A stretch of 64,000 nucleotides of DNA. Origin: Octopus sinensis. Taxonomy: Eukaryota. The DNA is taken from assembly GCF_006345805.1 (NCBI RefSeq), contig NC_043011.1, positions 56,556,464 through 56,620,463 on the forward strand, written 5' to 3'. The stretch's first letter is position 1; each line of letters starts with the position of its first letter. Position numbers and translations under genes: made by a program. Shown here one piece after another: positions 62,093 through 64,000 of the stretch. The notes under the pieces are model-generated. The model was not told where the DNA came from. It saw only the letters and a program-made list of their open reading frames with translations, and made no database searches.

Positions 62093-62647
62093 ATATTCAT
62101 ACGTGTGTGTGTGTGTGTGTGTGTGTGTAACAATGATTTAATCACAGATACCAGTGATTAACTTAGACAAATCAGTAAACTAAATCAAGTGTAATCTTCA
62201 TTGTCAGGAAAAGTTTCATTGAAATCATCCATGTTTTGTATTGAAAGTGTGTAATCCAGAAATCATTTGTTGCTTCGTTTTTTTTCTCTAATTTCCTTCT
62301 CTTTTCTCTGGTAAAGTCTCACTGAAATAGGGTCGTAGTTATGGTTCAAATGTCAGCCGCAGAGAATAAAAATAGACGACTTAAATTCAGTCGCTAAGTA
62401 GTTTTAGATTGTCTCTGTCGGCAAAGAGGATTAGGGTAAAAAGATTACAAATATTTAGGAATAACAACATTTTCTGTTTGGTTCCTGTAAATATTCTTGG
62501 AAATCTGCAACGTACACTCTCTTTTACCAACACAGGATGATGAAAGCAGAGAGAGAGAGGAACGAAAGAAAGAAAGCAAAAAAAAGAAAGAAAACCATTC
62601 TCATTACTTCTTTGTTTTATATATTTGTATATATATGAATGTGTGAA

Positions 62648-62694
<47 letters not shown>

Positions 62695-62929
62695 TATATA
62701 TATATATATACATACATGACTTGCAATTTTCTTTTCTAGCCTAAATGAGATTTCTTGTGACTTGTCTGCAAACGATTAAATTTAATATCAACTTGAAAAC
62801 CAACGAAGCATAGATTCGGGCAAATATGTATTTGTGTGTTTTATTCTTTTTTACTTCTATTGATTTCAACCCTAAGGCTGTGGCCATGCTGGGGCACCAC
62901 CATTAGCATTAATGCTTGTTCATTTTAGA

Positions 62930-63150
62930 CTCATTTCCTGGCTTTGTCTCTGGAATCACTCCTGGTGAAGTAGTGAGATGGACAAAGCCACCTTTCTCTG
63001 CACATCTTTCTGTGAAGTGGGTTCATCTGGTATACCCAGATAAAAATTTGTTTAATTGTTCTTTGAAGAGATCCACACCTATTCCTTGTAGATCCCTGGG
63101 GCCTTTTTGGCAAGGTATTGAAAAATTGTGGGTGTTTGAACCCTAAGGTA
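62930..63150 (-). mobile_element. CR1-type LINE 3' relic
   Basis: Minus strand, with frameshifts, GFKHPQFFNTLPK..DLQGIGVDLFKEQLNKFLS.IPDEPTS resembles CR1 GP.LFNSLP.....VD.FK..LDKFL..VPDEP. Confidence 0.65.
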
Positions 63151-63207
63151 TTTCAGAATTGTAAATTAATGAACAATCACTGTTATTGTTTCTTTCCCTA
63201 TATTAAG

Positions 63208-63424
63208 AGCTGATATTCCAAAGATTGTGATGGAAACCCCTAAAGAAGAAGTCACTGAAACAGAGGCTCCTCAGGCTGAAGCACCCGAAGTGCCTGAAGT
63301 GGATAAAATAGAATCTGAGGTTGGAGCAGATGCAGAAAAGAAACCTGAAGCCGGAGTTGCAGATAGTGAAGCTCCCAAAAAATATACTCTGAATCAATTG
63401 ATACCAATTGGTGCCATTTTAAAG
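63208..63424 (+). CDS. SPEF2: SPEF2 internal exon M (phase 2 to 0)
   Basis: attaag|A GCT GAT...TTA AAG|gtgggt; (V)ADIPKIVMETPKEEVTETEAPQAEAPEVPEV...LIPIGAILK; phase matches the exon L donor. Confidence 0.85.
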
Positions 63425-63819
63425 GTGGGTGTATATATGAATTTGTGATCTTTGTGTGTGTGTGTTTATATACACAGACATACCTGCATACATACATACA
63501 TACATACATGATTACACACACACACACACATACATATATTAAAATTTACAAAACAAAAAGATGCAATGAACAGGCTTTACTCACAAGTCACAACAATTGT
63601 TTCTGAGCAATGTTGCTGAGTTTTCTATATTATTCTATTATGTAAATGAATATGGTCCAGCAGCTGTGTACCTGCACATCATCAGGTGAGGAATCCTGCT
63701 GTATGACAGCATATGATAGCTGATAACTGTATAGCAACTTTGAAATGCACACTGTGAGTTTATTACCCAGATGATATTAAATATGTACATATATATATTT
63801 ATATAGAGAAAGGAAGCTA

Positions 63820-64000
63820 GTATGCTTCACTGGATGTCCAATGTCAGTGTGTATGTACAACAGAAGATAAATGTGTTGAGAGAGGATCTGGGCATAAGAG
63901 GCATCAGCTGTGAGAGACAAATGTGCTGGTATGGTCATGTGATGCATATGGATGAGAACAGCTGTATAAAGAAGTGTTGATCTCTAAGTACAGAGGGAAC
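63820..64000 (+). mobile_element. RTE-clade LINE fragment running off the window
   Basis: Similar to 7680-7870 and 58270-58460. Confidence 0.8.

Noticed and set aside
62930-63147. Apparent extra SPEF2 exon (ttttag...AAG|gtattt; ORF 62916-63146)
   Set aside because: In the required phase 2 it hits TGA after 12 codons, the other frames also stop, and the minus strand matches a CR1-type LINE 3' end

Overview
Eukaryotic, AT-rich, microsatellite-dense DNA whose repeat families look like those of an octopus (coleoid cephalopod) genome; the taxon is inferred from recognition of the repeats, not from a database search. The window lies inside one + strand gene, a SPEF2 (sperm flagellar protein 2/KPL2) orthologue. 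I reconstructed 13 consecutive internal coding exons (3156-63424) with GT-AG boundaries and chained intron phases, giving 1881 nt or 627 aa with no stops; the start and stop codons are outside the window. The introns are filled with tRNA-derived SINEs, RTE-clade LINE pieces and their amplified 3' tails, CR1-, CRE- and R4/Dong-like LINE relics, mariner and pogo transposase relics, two non-autonomous Helitrons, a Merlin-like MITE and piggyBac-like MITEs. Almost all ORFs in the supplied track are microsatellite or repeat artefacts. The most unusual items are: a 488-bp tandem array ending in a templated fold-back; two further perfect fold-back palindromes centred on microsatellites and a separate 46-bp hairpin; five degenerate hammerhead-ribozyme-like cores of Penelope type, mostly beside (TA)n; a repeated pseudoknot-shaped motif in the RTE tail; and SINEs with swappable 3' tails. 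I see no convincing evidence of a new protein-based system.
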